Shown here: positions 1 to 10,925 of the stretch, piece by piece | Layout: each line of letters starts with the position of its first letter | Position numbering within the stretch: position 1 is the first letter of the stretch | Assembly (NCBI GenBank): GCA_964648865.1 | Contig: CAZYLV010000004.1 | Coordinates: forward strand, 2,740-66,739 | Source: an uncultured Gammaproteobacteria bacterium | GTDB lineage: Bacteria > Patescibacteriota > Patescibacteriia > 2-12-FULL-57-11 | Length of the DNA stretch: 64,000 bases | Direction: 5' to 3' | The notes under the pieces: generated by a model | Database searches by the model: none | Seen by the model: the letters and a program-made list of their open reading frames with translations, nothing else | What the model was told of the DNA's origin: nothing | Position numbers and translations under genes: made by a program

Positions 1-403
1 CGGCACCCACGGCCAGGCGGATGCCGAGTGCGGCCACCGCGGCCTGCACGAAGTTGGAGAGCGGTCCGGCTCCGGCCACGAGCGAAGGGCCCCATTTGCG
101 GACCTTGAGGTTGTAGGGGTTGAACGGCACCGGCCGCGCCCAGCCGAAGCCGGCGACCACGGCCAGGAGCATGCCCAGGGGATCCACATGGACCGCCGGA
201 TTGAGCGACAGGCGGCCGGCGAGACGCGCCGTGTCGTCGCCGAGCATGGTGGCCGTGAAGGCATGGAAGAACTCGTGGATGGAGAGGGCCAGGACGATGG
301 ACGCCAGCCACAGCACCACGATCAGCGGCCGGCTGAAATCCAGGTAGTACGGGACGGGCAGGACGATGGTCTCCATGAGGGCTTGCCAGGGTATCGCGGG
401 CAT
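1..403 (-). CDS. Site-2 protease family (peptidase M50) membrane metalloprotease, runs off the window start
   Basis: Manual translation of the minus strand gives ...LSIHEFFHAFTATMLGDDTARLAGRLSLNPAVHVDPLG...GFGWARPVPFNP...AGPLSNF, with HExxH and the M50 motifs. Start is ATG at 403 or 376. Confidence 0.85.
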   Translation of the reverse strand, partial: MPAIPWQALMETIVLPVPYYLDFSRPLIVVLWLASIVLALSIHEFFHAFTATMLGDDTARLAGRLSLNPAVHVDPLGMLLAVVAGFGWARPVPFNPYNLKVRKWGPSLVAGAGPLSNFVQAAVAALGIRLAVGA

Positions 404-435
404 GATAGCATACCGCGGCATTTGAATTCCCTCGT

Positions 436-618
436 ATGGCCCGCATCTGCGACACGTGTGGCCGCGGCCCCATCGTCAGCGCCACGCGCAGCCACTCCAA
501 CATCAAGACCAAGCACCGCCGGTTCGTGAACCTGCAGGTGAAGCGTTTCGCCGGGCGGACGCTCAAGGTCTGCACCCGCTGCCTCAAGACGCAGGCCAAG
601 GCCATGCGCGCGGCCTGA
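436..618 (+). CDS. rpmB: 50S ribosomal protein L28
   Basis: MARICDTCGRG...SHSNIKTKHRRFVNLQ...KVCTRCLK, an L28 with zinc-ribbon cysteines. Confidence 0.95.
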   Translation: MARICDTCGRGPIVSATRSHSNIKTKHRRFVNLQVKRFAGRTLKVCTRCLKTQAKAMRAA

Positions 619-631
619 GCAGGCGGACCGC

Positions 632-659
632 AAACACCCCGTCTACCGACGGGGTGTTT
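632..659. terminator. Probable bidirectional intrinsic terminator
   Basis: AAACACCCCGTC-TACC-GACGGGGTGTTT perfect hairpin between convergent genes. Confidence 0.7.
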
Positions 660-669
660 CGTTCCTGCG

Positions 670-1119
670 CTACTCGGTCGCGGCCACGATGGTGAACCAA
701 CCCAGCGGGACGCGCCAGGAACCGACAGCCAAGGTGATGCGGCCCAACAGCGCACCGTCCGGCCGCGTCACGATCTGGTCCTCGATGGGACGGATCCAGA
801 AGGGGTTGGGGTCGCGGCCGTAGCGCAGCACGACGCGGCCGTCCGCCCGCTCCCAGCGGAACGGCCATGCTTCGCCGGCGCCGACGCGGTTCGCTCCGGT
901 CCCGTCGGCACGGAAGACCTTGCCGTGCCAGGAACCGGACCAAGGCGGCGCGAGGAAGGTGCCGTCGTACGTGCCCAGGAGCTCCGGCGGTTCGCTCCCC
1001 GAGCGGAAGTCACGGGCATACTGCCAGGCCGCCGGATGGACGTTGAGGAAGACGTAGACCAGCAGCAGGAGGAACAGGACCGCCGCCAGGACGTTCAGGA
1101 GGATGCGCAGGACGTGCAT
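670..1119 (-). CDS. Hypothetical membrane-anchored protein
   Basis: 149-aa ORF with an N-terminal hydrophobic helix and GC3-biased codons. Confidence 0.7.
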   Translation of the reverse strand: MHVLRILLNVLAAVLFLLLLVYVFLNVHPAAWQYARDFRSGSEPPELLGTYDGTFLAPPWSGSWHGKVFRADGTGANRVGAGEAWPFRWERADGRVVLRYGRDPNPFWIRPIEDQIVTRPDGALLGRITLAVGSWRVPLGWFTIVAATE

Positions 1120-1175
1120 GACCCGGGGGATTTACGGATAGCGACGCGTCCATTATACTCCCATCGCATTCGTTG

Positions 1176-1252
1176 CGGGCTATAGCGCAGTTGGCGAGCG
1201 CGCTTGCATGGGGTGCAAGAGGTCGCGGGTTCAAGTCCCGCTAGCCCGACCA
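1176..1252 (+). tRNA. tRNA-Pro(GGG)
   Basis: CGGGCTA acceptor stem pairs with TAGCCCG; anticodon arm CTTGC-ATGGGGT-GCAAG; GGTTCAAGTCC T-arm; encoded CCA. Confidence 0.95.
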
Positions 1253-1281
1253 AAAGCCCCTCCCATCCGGGAGGGGCTTTT
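1252..1281. terminator. Bidirectional intrinsic terminator
   Basis: AAAAGCCCCTCCC-ATCC-GGGAGGGGCTTTT between the tRNA and a convergent gene. Confidence 0.75.
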
Positions 1282-1294
1282 CGCGTCTGGACCG

Positions 1295-1960
1295 TCAGCC
1301 TTTGAGCTGCCGATAGACGTCGGCCGTGGCCAGCCAGGTGAAGGGCACGGTCACGAGCAGCCCGATACCCAGCGCCAGGACGCCCAGCAGGTTGACGCCG
1401 AAGGTGGCCAAGGCGAACAGGAAGAGCCGTCCGCGGTTCCCGGCCGTCAGGTTCCACGTGCGCTGCAACGCCTCCACCGGTCCGGTCTTCTGGTCCAGGA
1501 CGACATAGACCAACGGGGCGAAGGCCAACCCCAGATAGATGCCCGGGATGATGAGCAGCAGGAAGCCGATGCCCACGAGGATGCCGCCGAGCAGCGTCGC
1601 CAACAGGGCGTTGAGGAACGTCTTCGGGTCGACGACGAGCGACTTCAACTCATACTTCCTGCCGAAGACGGCCTCGAGGCTGAGCTGCGCCACGCCGACG
1701 GCCAGGTATTGCTGGGCCACCCAGCTCAGGAGGCCGAACAGCAGCCCGAACCACAGGCCGAAGAGGCTGGCGACGACCAAGGCCGCTTCCCCCTCCTCGA
1801 TGCGGTCCGGCGTCAGCAGGTCCACGACGATGGACGGGGCCTGCAGCGCGACGCCGACGCAGAAGATCAGCACCAGCACGCCGACGAAGAAGCCCGGACG
1901 CTTGGCGAAGGCGTCCCAGCCGCGCGAGAAGGCCGTGCCGACGGAAAGACGATGGGTCAT
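1295..1960 (-). CDS. Integral membrane protein (DUF975-like)
   Basis: Multiple TM helices; GFLLLIIPGIYL...GPVEALQRTWNLTAGN pattern. Confidence 0.7.
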   Translation of the reverse strand: MTHRLSVGTAFSRGWDAFAKRPGFFVGVLVLIFCVGVALQAPSIVVDLLTPDRIEEGEAALVVASLFGLWFGLLFGLLSWVAQQYLAVGVAQLSLEAVFGRKYELKSLVVDPKTFLNALLATLLGGILVGIGFLLLIIPGIYLGLAFAPLVYVVLDQKTGPVEALQRTWNLTAGNRGRLFLFALATFGVNLLGVLALGIGLLVTVPFTWLATADVYRQLKG

Positions 1961-1969
1961 AGGCGATGG

Positions 1970-3454
<1,485 letters not shown>

Positions 3455-3481
3455 GGAAAACGATTACAAGCGATGTGAGAA

Positions 3482-3748
3482 GCCGGGAGGGCTTCGGAAA
3501 AACACGAATGCCCCACGGCTCGGTCTGAATATTGGTTTCGGCGAAGTGCCAAGTGGGTGCCCGCATCCGGCGTCCGGAGACGGCGGACATGGAGGCGCGG
3601 TAGCTCCCCGTGGTGCGGGGACCGCATCCCTTGCGCGTGTCAGCCCGGCCGGACCGTGGCCTGGTCGGAGGGACCGCGGGAAGGGACTCCCAAGAAGTAG
3701 GGTTGTCCCGAAACCAATGCCAGAGAGCGCATGAGGCTGCTCCCAGCA
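3482..3748 (-). ncRNA. Candidate 6S-like long hairpin RNA, or a structured leader of the helicase
   Basis: Nested pairings GCCTCATG/CGTGGGGC, ATTGGTTTCGG/CCGAAACCAAT, a central bubble, then TGGGAGTCC/GGGCACCCA. A promoter lies upstream. Confidence 0.5.
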
Positions 3749-3790
3749 TACCGGTCCGGGACGCCCAGCGTCCAGGAAGGACAAGGCGCG

Positions 3791-3819
3791 ACCCTATCCC
3801 AAAACCGGCACGCTGTCAA
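3791..3819 (-). promoter_or_regulatory. Sigma70-type promoter
   Basis: TTGACA-N17-TAGGGT on the minus strand. Confidence 0.55.
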
Positions 3820-3850
3820 CCCGGCCGAAAGGAAAAAGCGCCGACCGAGG

Positions 3851-4684
3851 TCAGCGCGATGCGGGAGCGACGTACTTGTTGTCCGGCGGGACCCGCTGGA
3901 GGAAGTCGTCCATCTGATCGACCAATCGGCACAGCATCCGATCGAGGTCGAAGAGCATGGCCGGGATGCGCGTATCCTCGTACACGTAGGCGTCGCCGTC
4001 GAGAGGCAGGGACGCAGGGATGTCCCTGAACCGCTCAACCCAGGCTGCGCACGCGGCCAGGTAGCGCTCCGTGGACTCGCGACGCGCCTGCAGGAAGCGC
4101 TCACGCCCGCTTTCCGTGGCCAGCGCCACGCTCCAACACTCTGCCTCAGGCATCGGATAGGGCGCCGCACGCCGCGGATTGCGGAGTCCGTCGACCACGG
4201 TCAGGGCCAGGCCGTCGGCATGGGGCGTATACATGAGATCGAATCCCCCGCGCACGACCACCAGGCTCGGACGCTGCCTCCACCCACGCGCGATGCGGAT
4301 CGCAGTGCCCTCGACCGCAGGCCGGACCTCCCAGCGGAACTCCTCCTGGGGCACCTCGACGGTCAGCTTGTTGCCGGGTCGACGGTAGCGCCAGAGCACG
4401 TCACGGTCCTCCGCGCACCGCCGGCCCAACAAGCAAAGCCAGCCCGGAACCGGCGTGAACCGAAGCGCGTGGATCGTGCGGAAGGAACCCCAACGGGCCA
4501 CGTCCTCTCCCGAGAGGACACACACCGCGTACGTGAGACCCGGGTGCTCCTGGACCCGATATTCGAGGCCCGGTCCTCCACGATCCCAGATCTCCAGATG
4601 GCCGCGGAGCAGATGGTCATTGTCGATGACGCGGACGATCCGCTCCGTGATGAGCTTCAAGGTACTCGTCTCCACTCTTCTCAC
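3851..4684 (-). CDS. Hypothetical protein
   Basis: ~275-aa ORF with a strong GAGGAGG SD; no recognisable motif; exact start uncertain. Confidence 0.6.
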   Translation of the reverse strand: MRRVETSTLKLITERIVRVIDNDHLLRGHLEIWDRGGPGLEYRVQEHPGLTYAVCVLSGEDVARWGSFRTIHALRFTPVPGWLCLLGRRCAEDRDVLWRYRRPGNKLTVEVPQEEFRWEVRPAVEGTAIRIARGWRQRPSLVVVRGGFDLMYTPHADGLALTVVDGLRNPRRAAPYPMPEAECWSVALATESGRERFLQARRESTERYLAACAAWVERFRDIPASLPLDGDAYVYEDTRIPAMLFDLDRMLCRLVDQMDDFLQRVPPDNKYVAPASR

Positions 4685-4705
4685 CTCCTCGTCGCGACCG
4701 TATCC

Positions 4706-6700
4706 TCACTTCGTCTTTTTGACAAGCGTCCCGTCCCAATCGGCCGGCGGCGGCTCTTGGAGGAACTGCTCGCAGCGGGCGATGTAATTCTGGAGCGACA
4801 CGTCCTCGGGCCGGGCGTGGGCCATCATATGGAAGGCGTCGCGGGCTTCCGTGAACTTCCGCGCCAGATAGAGCTCGCGCGCCTCGGTGAAGTGGGCGAC
4901 GGACATCTTCTGCTCTTCGGTCGCTTCCTCCGTACGGCAGACCACGGCGAAGATGTCGATGGGCTCCTTCTTGCCCTTCACGGCGACACGATCGAGCGGA
5001 CGCAGCAGGAAGCGCTCCCCCAGGAGTATCCGGGTGTGGTCGGAGACGATGATGTCCGTGCCGTAATCCTTGTTGAGCCCCTCGAGCCGCGCGCCGAGGT
5101 TCACGGCGTCGCCGAGCACGGTGTAGTCGAAGCGGGCGGTCGATCCCATGTTGCCGACGACCATCGGTCCCGAGTTGATGCCCACCCCGATGGCCAAGGC
5201 GACGCCCTCCGGGAAGGTGCCGTCGCCGTTCATCGCGGCGAGCGTCTCGCGCATGGCCAGCGCCGTCTCCACGGCATGGACGGCATGCTGCGCGTCGTCG
5301 AGCGGCGCGCCCCAGAAGGCCATGATGGCGTCGCCCATGTACTTGTCGAGCACGCCGTCGCGGGCGAAGACGAGCTTCGTCATGCCGTCGAGGTAGGCGT
5401 TGAGCACGGCGACGAGCTCTTCCGGCGCGAGCTTCTCCGAAATGGAGGTGAAGCCGCGCAGGTCGGAGAACAGCACGGTCATCTCGCGGCGCTCGCCGCC
5501 CAGGACGAGCTTCTCCGGATGCGCCATGAGGTCGCGCACCACGGCACCGGAGACGTAGCGCTCGAGCACGGTGCGGGTCCGCAGGCGTTCGTCCCGCTCG
5601 CGCAGCGAGCGCTCGACCGTGGTGGCGAAGGCCACGAGGACGACGGCGAGCGGCGGGTAGAAGATGTCCATGACGATGCCGCCGTCGAACAGCACGAAGG
5701 CCGTCGCGACGTATGCCAGCAGGAGCACGGCCACGAGCGGCCAGCCGATGCGCTGGCGGAACCGCAGCAGGGCCGCCGCGGCGGCCGCGGCCAGGAGCAC
5801 GATGAGCGCGTCGCGCAGCCACCCGGGCGGCTCCCGGAGCTGACGCCCGGCGCGCTCCGTCGCGATGGCGTTGGCGTGCACCTCGACCCCGGACATCTGT
5901 TCGCGCTTGGCGGTCGGCGTCGTCAGGACATCGTGGAAGTCCGGAGCCGTGGCGCCGACCAGCACGATGGCGCCCTTGAAGAGCGCGGGGTCCGCGCGCC
6001 CGGCCACCACGTCCGCCGCCGGGACCGTGGGGAAGCTGCCCTTCGGCCCGACGAAGTTGATGCGATAATTCCCCTCCTCCTGGGAGAAGACGTGCTCCGG
6101 GAACGCCGTCTCGAGGACGGCGCGGAAGAACGGCCGGTTGCGCTCGACGGTCACCCCGCGGACGGCGAGCGGCACGCGGCGGAAGACGCCGTCCTGGTCC
6201 GGAGGCGTGTTGACGAAGCCGACCGTCGCGGCCTCGGTGAGCTCCGGGATGGGCACGACGGGCCGCACGGCGACCGGCGCGTCATCGCCTGCGGCGCGGA
6301 CGAAGACGGCCTCGAGCGGCAGCACGACGTCGCCGGCCGCGCGCACCGCGTCGGCGAAGCGGGCGTCGTCACCGCACTCCTCGCGGCGCGGGTCGGGTAC
6401 GGCGCAGGTCGGCTCGGGGAAGTTCACGTCATACCCGATGGCCGCGGCCCCGGCGTCGGCGAGCGTCCGGACGATGTCGGCGTGCACGGACCGGCGCCAC
6501 GGCCACCGGCCGACCTCGCGCAGCGACGCGTCATCGATGGCCACGATGACGATGCCCTGCGGGGCCGGGTAACCGACGAAGAGCGCGTCGCCGAGCAGGC
6601 CCCGTGCGGAGGCGAACAACCCGAGCCGCGACGCCACGACCAAGACCGCCGCGATGGCGGCGGTCAAGAGGAGGGCGCGGCTGGCGCGGGGCGACGGCAT
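4706..6700 (-). CDS. CHASE2-domain class III adenylate/guanylate cyclase
   Basis: CHASE2 motifs (IVAIDDASL...WPWRR, GVEVHANAI), 3 TMs, and cyclase motifs FSDLRGFT, KYMGDAIM, GDAVNLGARLE. Confidence 0.93.
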   Translation of the reverse strand: MPSPRASRALLLTAAIAAVLVVASRLGLFASARGLLGDALFVGYPAPQGIVIVAIDDASLREVGRWPWRRSVHADIVRTLADAGAAAIGYDVNFPEPTCAVPDPRREECGDDARFADAVRAAGDVVLPLEAVFVRAAGDDAPVAVRPVVPIPELTEAATVGFVNTPPDQDGVFRRVPLAVRGVTVERNRPFFRAVLETAFPEHVFSQEEGNYRINFVGPKGSFPTVPAADVVAGRADPALFKGAIVLVGATAPDFHDVLTTPTAKREQMSGVEVHANAIATERAGRQLREPPGWLRDALIVLLAAAAAAALLRFRQRIGWPLVAVLLLAYVATAFVLFDGGIVMDIFYPPLAVVLVAFATTVERSLRERDERLRTRTVLERYVSGAVVRDLMAHPEKLVLGGERREMTVLFSDLRGFTSISEKLAPEELVAVLNAYLDGMTKLVFARDGVLDKYMGDAIMAFWGAPLDDAQHAVHAVETALAMRETLAAMNGDGTFPEGVALAIGVGINSGPMVVGNMGSTARFDYTVLGDAVNLGARLEGLNKDYGTDIIVSDHTRILLGERFLLRPLDRVAVKGKKEPIDIFAVVCRTEEATEEQKMSVAHFTEARELYLARKFTEARDAFHMMAHARPEDVSLQNYIARCEQFLQEPPPADWDGTLVKKTK

Positions 6701-6701
6701 G

Positions 6702-8609
6702 CTACGGGACGACCGTGACCGTGGCCGTGCCGGTGAAGGTCACGCCGTCGGTGAAACGCGCGGAGACGGTGACGGCGCCGCCGGAGGTGACTTGGGACGC
6801 GGTGAAGACGTTGGCCGCCAACGAACCCACCGGATCGCCGGTCATGCTCCAGACGGCGTCCGCGGTGACATCCCGCGCGCTGCCGTCGCTGTAGTGGGCC
6901 GTGGCCGTGAAGGCCTGGCCCATGCCGCCTTTGACCGTGGCCATGGCGGGCGCGACGCTGACGCGTTGCAGCGTCACCTGGACCTGCTGCGGCGGGAGGA
7001 CACGCACGGCAAAGGAACCGGCGAGACCGGCATAGGCGGCCTGCACCGTGGCGTCCCCGGCGGCCGAGGTCACGAGATCGCCGCGGGTGAGCGTGCCCAC
7101 CGGATCGCCGGCGAGCGCCCAGGCGGCCTCGACGGTGACGTCGCGCGTGGAGCCGTCTTCGTACGTGAGGATGGCGCGGAACTGCTGCGAGTCCGGCGTG
7201 TTCATGATGGTCCGGGTGCCGGTGACCGCCAGCGACGTGGGCGTGGATGCCGCGGGTTGGTTGGTGTTGGCGTTCGTCGGCGGTTGGTTGGTGTTCGTGG
7301 CCGTCGGCACGCTGACCTCGGCGTCCTGGTCCGCGGGCGGCTCCTCCGGCGTGGTGGTGGCCGTCGGCACCTCGTCACGCGTCGGACTCGGGAGGGGCAA
7401 GGCGGCGCGCGTGGGCATCTCCTGCCAGCCCATGGCGTCGGGGAACGCCGCGGCCATGGCCGTCATCAGCGCCTCGACGTCGGACCGCTCGCCCATCACC
7501 CGATCGCGCACCGCCTCCGGCACGGGGACGTCGGCGCCGTCGATCGCCGCGATGAGCAGGCGATGCTCCATGACGCGGCCGACCATGCGACGGACGCGAC
7601 GGCGCGCCGTCTCCGGGGACAGCTGCTGGAGCTCACGTTGCATCGCGCGCAGCCCGTCGACATAGGCCGCGAGCGTACGCTGCGCGCGGTCGCCCTTGCC
7701 GGCGCGCGCCAGGAGCACGGCCTCGGCGAAACGCCGCCCCTCGTAGGAGAGGCGCAGCTCCTGGCGGGCCTCCGGGTCGGTGGTCAACGCCAGCCGCAGG
7801 CGCTCGCCGAAACGGCGCAGCGGGTAGCGGACGTCGCCGGGCAGGACGTCGCCGAGCGCGGAGAGCCGCTGCTCGCGCCGGCGGCGGACGATCTCCAGGA
7901 ACCGCTCGTCCGCGGACATGTTCTTGCGGTACCAGGCGGAGCTGCGGAAGCGCTCGGCCATGGCGCGGCGCTGCATGGCGCCGGCCGCGCGGCCGTCCTT
8001 CTTGGGCATCCAGGCCTCCTCGCCGGAGCGCATCTCCTCCCATGAGGCCGCGGCCGAGAGCGGTGCGCCGCCCTCCGGCGCCTTGGCCACGCCGACCAGC
8101 CCGTCGACGACCTGCACGAAGTCGCCCGCCGGATCCGAGACGTCGGTCACGAAGGCCGTGCCGCGCACCGTGGCCACGACCGTCGAGGACTGCACGCTGA
8201 AGGCGGCATCCTGGTCGAGCAGCTTGGCGATGCGCGCCCAGACGCGGCCGGCGGTGACCCCGAGCGAGACGCGGGTCAGCGCGTGGTTCTCGGCATCGAC
8301 GGCCAGCTCCTGGACGACGACCTCGGCGCGCTCGTCGAGCCGCGCCGTGGCGCCGTCGTAGAAGTTGAGCGTGGCCTGGCTCTTGGCGTTGGTCTTGATC
8401 TGGTCGCCGACCGCGACCTCGGCGTCGGCCGCGACCGGCTGCCAGGATCCCCCGCCGCGACGCAGGAAGGCCTCCCCTTCGTCCACGGTGACCGTCGCCA
8501 CCGGCGCGGCGCGGTCCTCGGGAGCCGAGAGGGCCCAGGCATTGAGCCCGCCCACCACGGCCAAGATGAGCACGAGCAGCAGCGCCGCGAGGAAGGTCCG
8601 TTTCTTCAT
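6702..8609 (-). CDS. Secreted FecR-domain protein with helical middle region, T/N/P linker and two Ig-like (Big_2-like) domains
   Basis: Signal/TM helix; FecR motifs GDQIKT and ATVRGTAF; repeated YxDGSxRDVT...W Ig-like units. Confidence 0.8.
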   Translation of the reverse strand: MKKRTFLAALLLVLILAVVGGLNAWALSAPEDRAAPVATVTVDEGEAFLRRGGGSWQPVAADAEVAVGDQIKTNAKSQATLNFYDGATARLDERAEVVVQELAVDAENHALTRVSLGVTAGRVWARIAKLLDQDAAFSVQSSTVVATVRGTAFVTDVSDPAGDFVQVVDGLVGVAKAPEGGAPLSAAASWEEMRSGEEAWMPKKDGRAAGAMQRRAMAERFRSSAWYRKNMSADERFLEIVRRRREQRLSALGDVLPGDVRYPLRRFGERLRLALTTDPEARQELRLSYEGRRFAEAVLLARAGKGDRAQRTLAAYVDGLRAMQRELQQLSPETARRRVRRMVGRVMEHRLLIAAIDGADVPVPEAVRDRVMGERSDVEALMTAMAAAFPDAMGWQEMPTRAALPLPSPTRDEVPTATTTPEEPPADQDAEVSVPTATNTNQPPTNANTNQPAASTPTSLAVTGTRTIMNTPDSQQFRAILTYEDGSTRDVTVEAAWALAGDPVGTLTRGDLVTSAAGDATVQAAYAGLAGSFAVRVLPPQQVQVTLQRVSVAPAMATVKGGMGQAFTATAHYSDGSARDVTADAVWSMTGDPVGSLAANVFTASQVTSGGAVTVSARFTDGVTFTGTATVTVVP

Positions 8610-8641
8610 ACGCGGGACATGCTAGCAGAAACGGACCGAAG

Positions 8642-8684
8642 AAAAAAGCGGTCCGGGGTCCCCGTGGCGGGACCGACGGACCGC
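8642..8684 (-). terminator. Intrinsic terminator
   Basis: GCGGTCC...GGACCGC hairpin followed by TTTTTT on the minus strand. Confidence 0.65.
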
Positions 8685-8685
8685 G

Positions 8686-10095
8686 TCAGCGGCTGCGCCG
8701 CTCCTCGGACCACTCGATCCCGAAGATGGCCTTCGGGAAGAGCAGCTCGGCGAGCGGCGGCACGTGCCGCTTCTTGTAGTGGCGGTGGTTGATCGGGGAG
8801 CGCTCCAGCACGCTGCGCAGGTAGTTGCGCAAGGTGTCGTACTGCCCCTCGATGTCCCAGCCGTACAGCTTGTGGTTGACTCCGACGACGTCGTAGTCCT
8901 CCGCGCTGTAGGCGTTGGCCATCCGCCGCCGTCGTCCTCCGAGCAGCGGGAAGACGGCCGTGGCCGCGCGGATGCCCGCGGCGCGTTCGGTGGCGTCGCG
9001 GAAGGTCAGGCGGAAGCGCACCAGGTCCGGCAGTTCGGTCGGATCGAGACGGTTCTTGAGCAGCAGCTTCCAGAGGATGGAGCCGAGCTGCTTCTGTCCG
9101 GGATCGAAGGCCACCGGCAGCACCGCGCCGTCCAGCGTCCGGAAGAGCCGGTAGCCGAAGGGCACCTCGCGCAGGCGCTCGCCGTCGCGCGGACGTTCGC
9201 CCGCGTCGAGCAGCCGCAGCGGCCGACACTCCTTCTCGGAGACGCCCACGTGCAGCACGCAGCCCACCACCGTGTCGCGCACGAAGAACATCTCTTCGAG
9301 CCGCAAGGTCAGCAGGTGCGTGATGAGCGCCAGCGGATCCTCCACCGCCAGCCGGCGCAGCTCCTCCTCCCGCATCGTCGGCAGCAGCCCGGCGGCCACA
9401 TCGCGCTTGCTGCGCGCGGCGACGATCCAGGAGAGCACGTGCTCCCCGAGTTGGCGGATGCGCATCTCGATCTCGAAGATCCGCAACGCCAGCACCAGGT
9501 CGCGCCGCAGGGTGAAGGCCACGATGCGCGGGAGCAGGTCGCCCTGTCCGCCGCCGTTGCGCATCACCGGCATCCGACCGAGCTCCACGAGCACCGCGGC
9601 GGGGTCCGCCTCGGCCTCGAGCTTGCCCACCGAGGAGAGCAGGAAACTGCTGGCCTCGGGGATGTGCGCGTCGCGGAAGCGACGGACCTCCTCGCGCGCC
9701 TTGCGGAAGCAGGCGCGCAACTGGACGTAGACCTCCTCGTCGCTGAACCGTCCGTCGATGCCGTAGCTGTCGCGGGCGATCCGCGCGAGGACCGCCGCGC
9801 GTTCGCCGGGGTCGGCCGCGCGCATCCGGTCGGCGAGCATGCGCACGCGCAGCACCTCGTGCTGGAAGTGCTGCGAGAGCCCCAGGCCGCGGCCGCGGCG
9901 GTCCTGGCGCAACGCGCCCATCCCCCGCCGGCTCACCGGCAGGATGGGGGTCAGCAGCACGTCTTCCGGCTCGTCGTCCGCAGGGAGCGCCGGCCGCGTG
10001 CGCGGCGCGACCAGCGGACCGGGTTGATCGAACCGCGGATGGACGGGATCGGCTCGGGTTTCCTCGGTTTCCAAGAGCGTCCTCCTTTCCCGCAC
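8686..10095 (-). CDS. Hypothetical protein with C-terminal RelA/SpoT-like nucleotidyltransferase fold (TIGR04552-like)
   Basis: KQLGSILWKLLLK...ELPDLVRFRLTF...NAYSAEDY...IEGQYDT...NHRHYKKR. Confidence 0.55.
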   Translation of the reverse strand: MRERRTLLETEETRADPVHPRFDQPGPLVAPRTRPALPADDEPEDVLLTPILPVSRRGMGALRQDRRGRGLGLSQHFQHEVLRVRMLADRMRAADPGERAAVLARIARDSYGIDGRFSDEEVYVQLRACFRKAREEVRRFRDAHIPEASSFLLSSVGKLEAEADPAAVLVELGRMPVMRNGGGQGDLLPRIVAFTLRRDLVLALRIFEIEMRIRQLGEHVLSWIVAARSKRDVAAGLLPTMREEELRRLAVEDPLALITHLLTLRLEEMFFVRDTVVGCVLHVGVSEKECRPLRLLDAGERPRDGERLREVPFGYRLFRTLDGAVLPVAFDPGQKQLGSILWKLLLKNRLDPTELPDLVRFRLTFRDATERAAGIRAATAVFPLLGGRRRRMANAYSAEDYDVVGVNHKLYGWDIEGQYDTLRNYLRSVLERSPINHRHYKKRHVPPLAELLFPKAIFGIEWSEERRSR

Positions 10096-10155
10096 CGTGC
10101 GGGAGCGTCATTCCTACCATCCATGAAAAAGGCCGGCAAGGCGCGGCCTGCCGGC

Positions 10156-10722
10156 TCAGCCGCGCGCGATGCGGGCGGGCTGGATGCGGGATACCCCGCT
10201 GACGTAGAGGCGGGCGTCCTCGTTGCGGCCGACCACCAGGCAATCGAGCCACAGGTCGCCCGTGGCATACGGCGCGAGCTTGCGGCCGAACGCGAGGGCG
10301 AGCAGCATCAGCTGCTGATGCAGCTTGCCGTACAGCTCGGTGCGCCGCAGCACGCGTTCCTCGCCGTCGCGGCCGAAGTCGTAGGCCTCGACCGAGCGCG
10401 GCCGACGGTCGCGCCCGACCAGCACGCGCACCTGCGGGTTGTAGTCCGCGGGGATGCGCTCCTGGAAGTAGGCGCCGTCGGGGTACCGCGTCACGTCGAG
10501 GAACCCGCTGACCGGCGTGGCCGCGACGCCCGAGTCGAAGCACGGCTGCTTCTGGAGCCACTCGCCCTTGGCGAGACGGATCCGGTTGAACTCGATGTCC
10601 AGGCCGTGCTTGGGCGCCGCGACGCCTTTGGGGAGGTGCGGCGAATCCTGGAACAGCATCTGGAAGTCGCGCCGCCTCGCCACGGGGTCGAAGTCCCCTT
10701 CTTCACGGATCGCTTCGTTCAC
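10156..10722 (-). CDS. Hypothetical protein
   Basis: 188-aa ORF with GTG start, AGAAGGAG SD and its own promoter. Confidence 0.65.
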   Translation of the reverse strand: MNEAIREEGDFDPVARRRDFQMLFQDSPHLPKGVAAPKHGLDIEFNRIRLAKGEWLQKQPCFDSGVAATPVSGFLDVTRYPDGAYFQERIPADYNPQVRVLVGRDRRPRSVEAYDFGRDGEERVLRRTELYGKLHQQLMLLALAFGRKLAPYATGDLWLDCLVVGRNEDARLYVSGVSRIQPARIARG

Positions 10723-10883
10723 GCTCTCTCCTCCTTCTCCGGAAACGAATCGGACCCCGTCCTGCGACGGGGTCCGCCGTTTCCGATGTGTTGGCCGTCA
10801 GCCACGCACGGAACCGCGGACCCCGATGCAGGGGACCTTCTTCGTGAGGAAGATGCGGTGCGTGCGCTGCATAACGTGCTTCC

Positions 10884-10912
10884 ACTATACGAAAAAGGGA
10901 CGCGCCCGTCAA
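10884..10912 (-). promoter_or_regulatory. Sigma70-type promoter
   Basis: TTGACG-N17-TATAGT. Confidence 0.65.
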
Positions 10913-10925
10913 GGGCGCGTGCGCT

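Noticed and set aside
7250-7300. AAC-rich stretch as a possible DGR template repeat
   Set aside because: It encodes the TNTNQP linker of the FecR protein and has no similarity to the VR.
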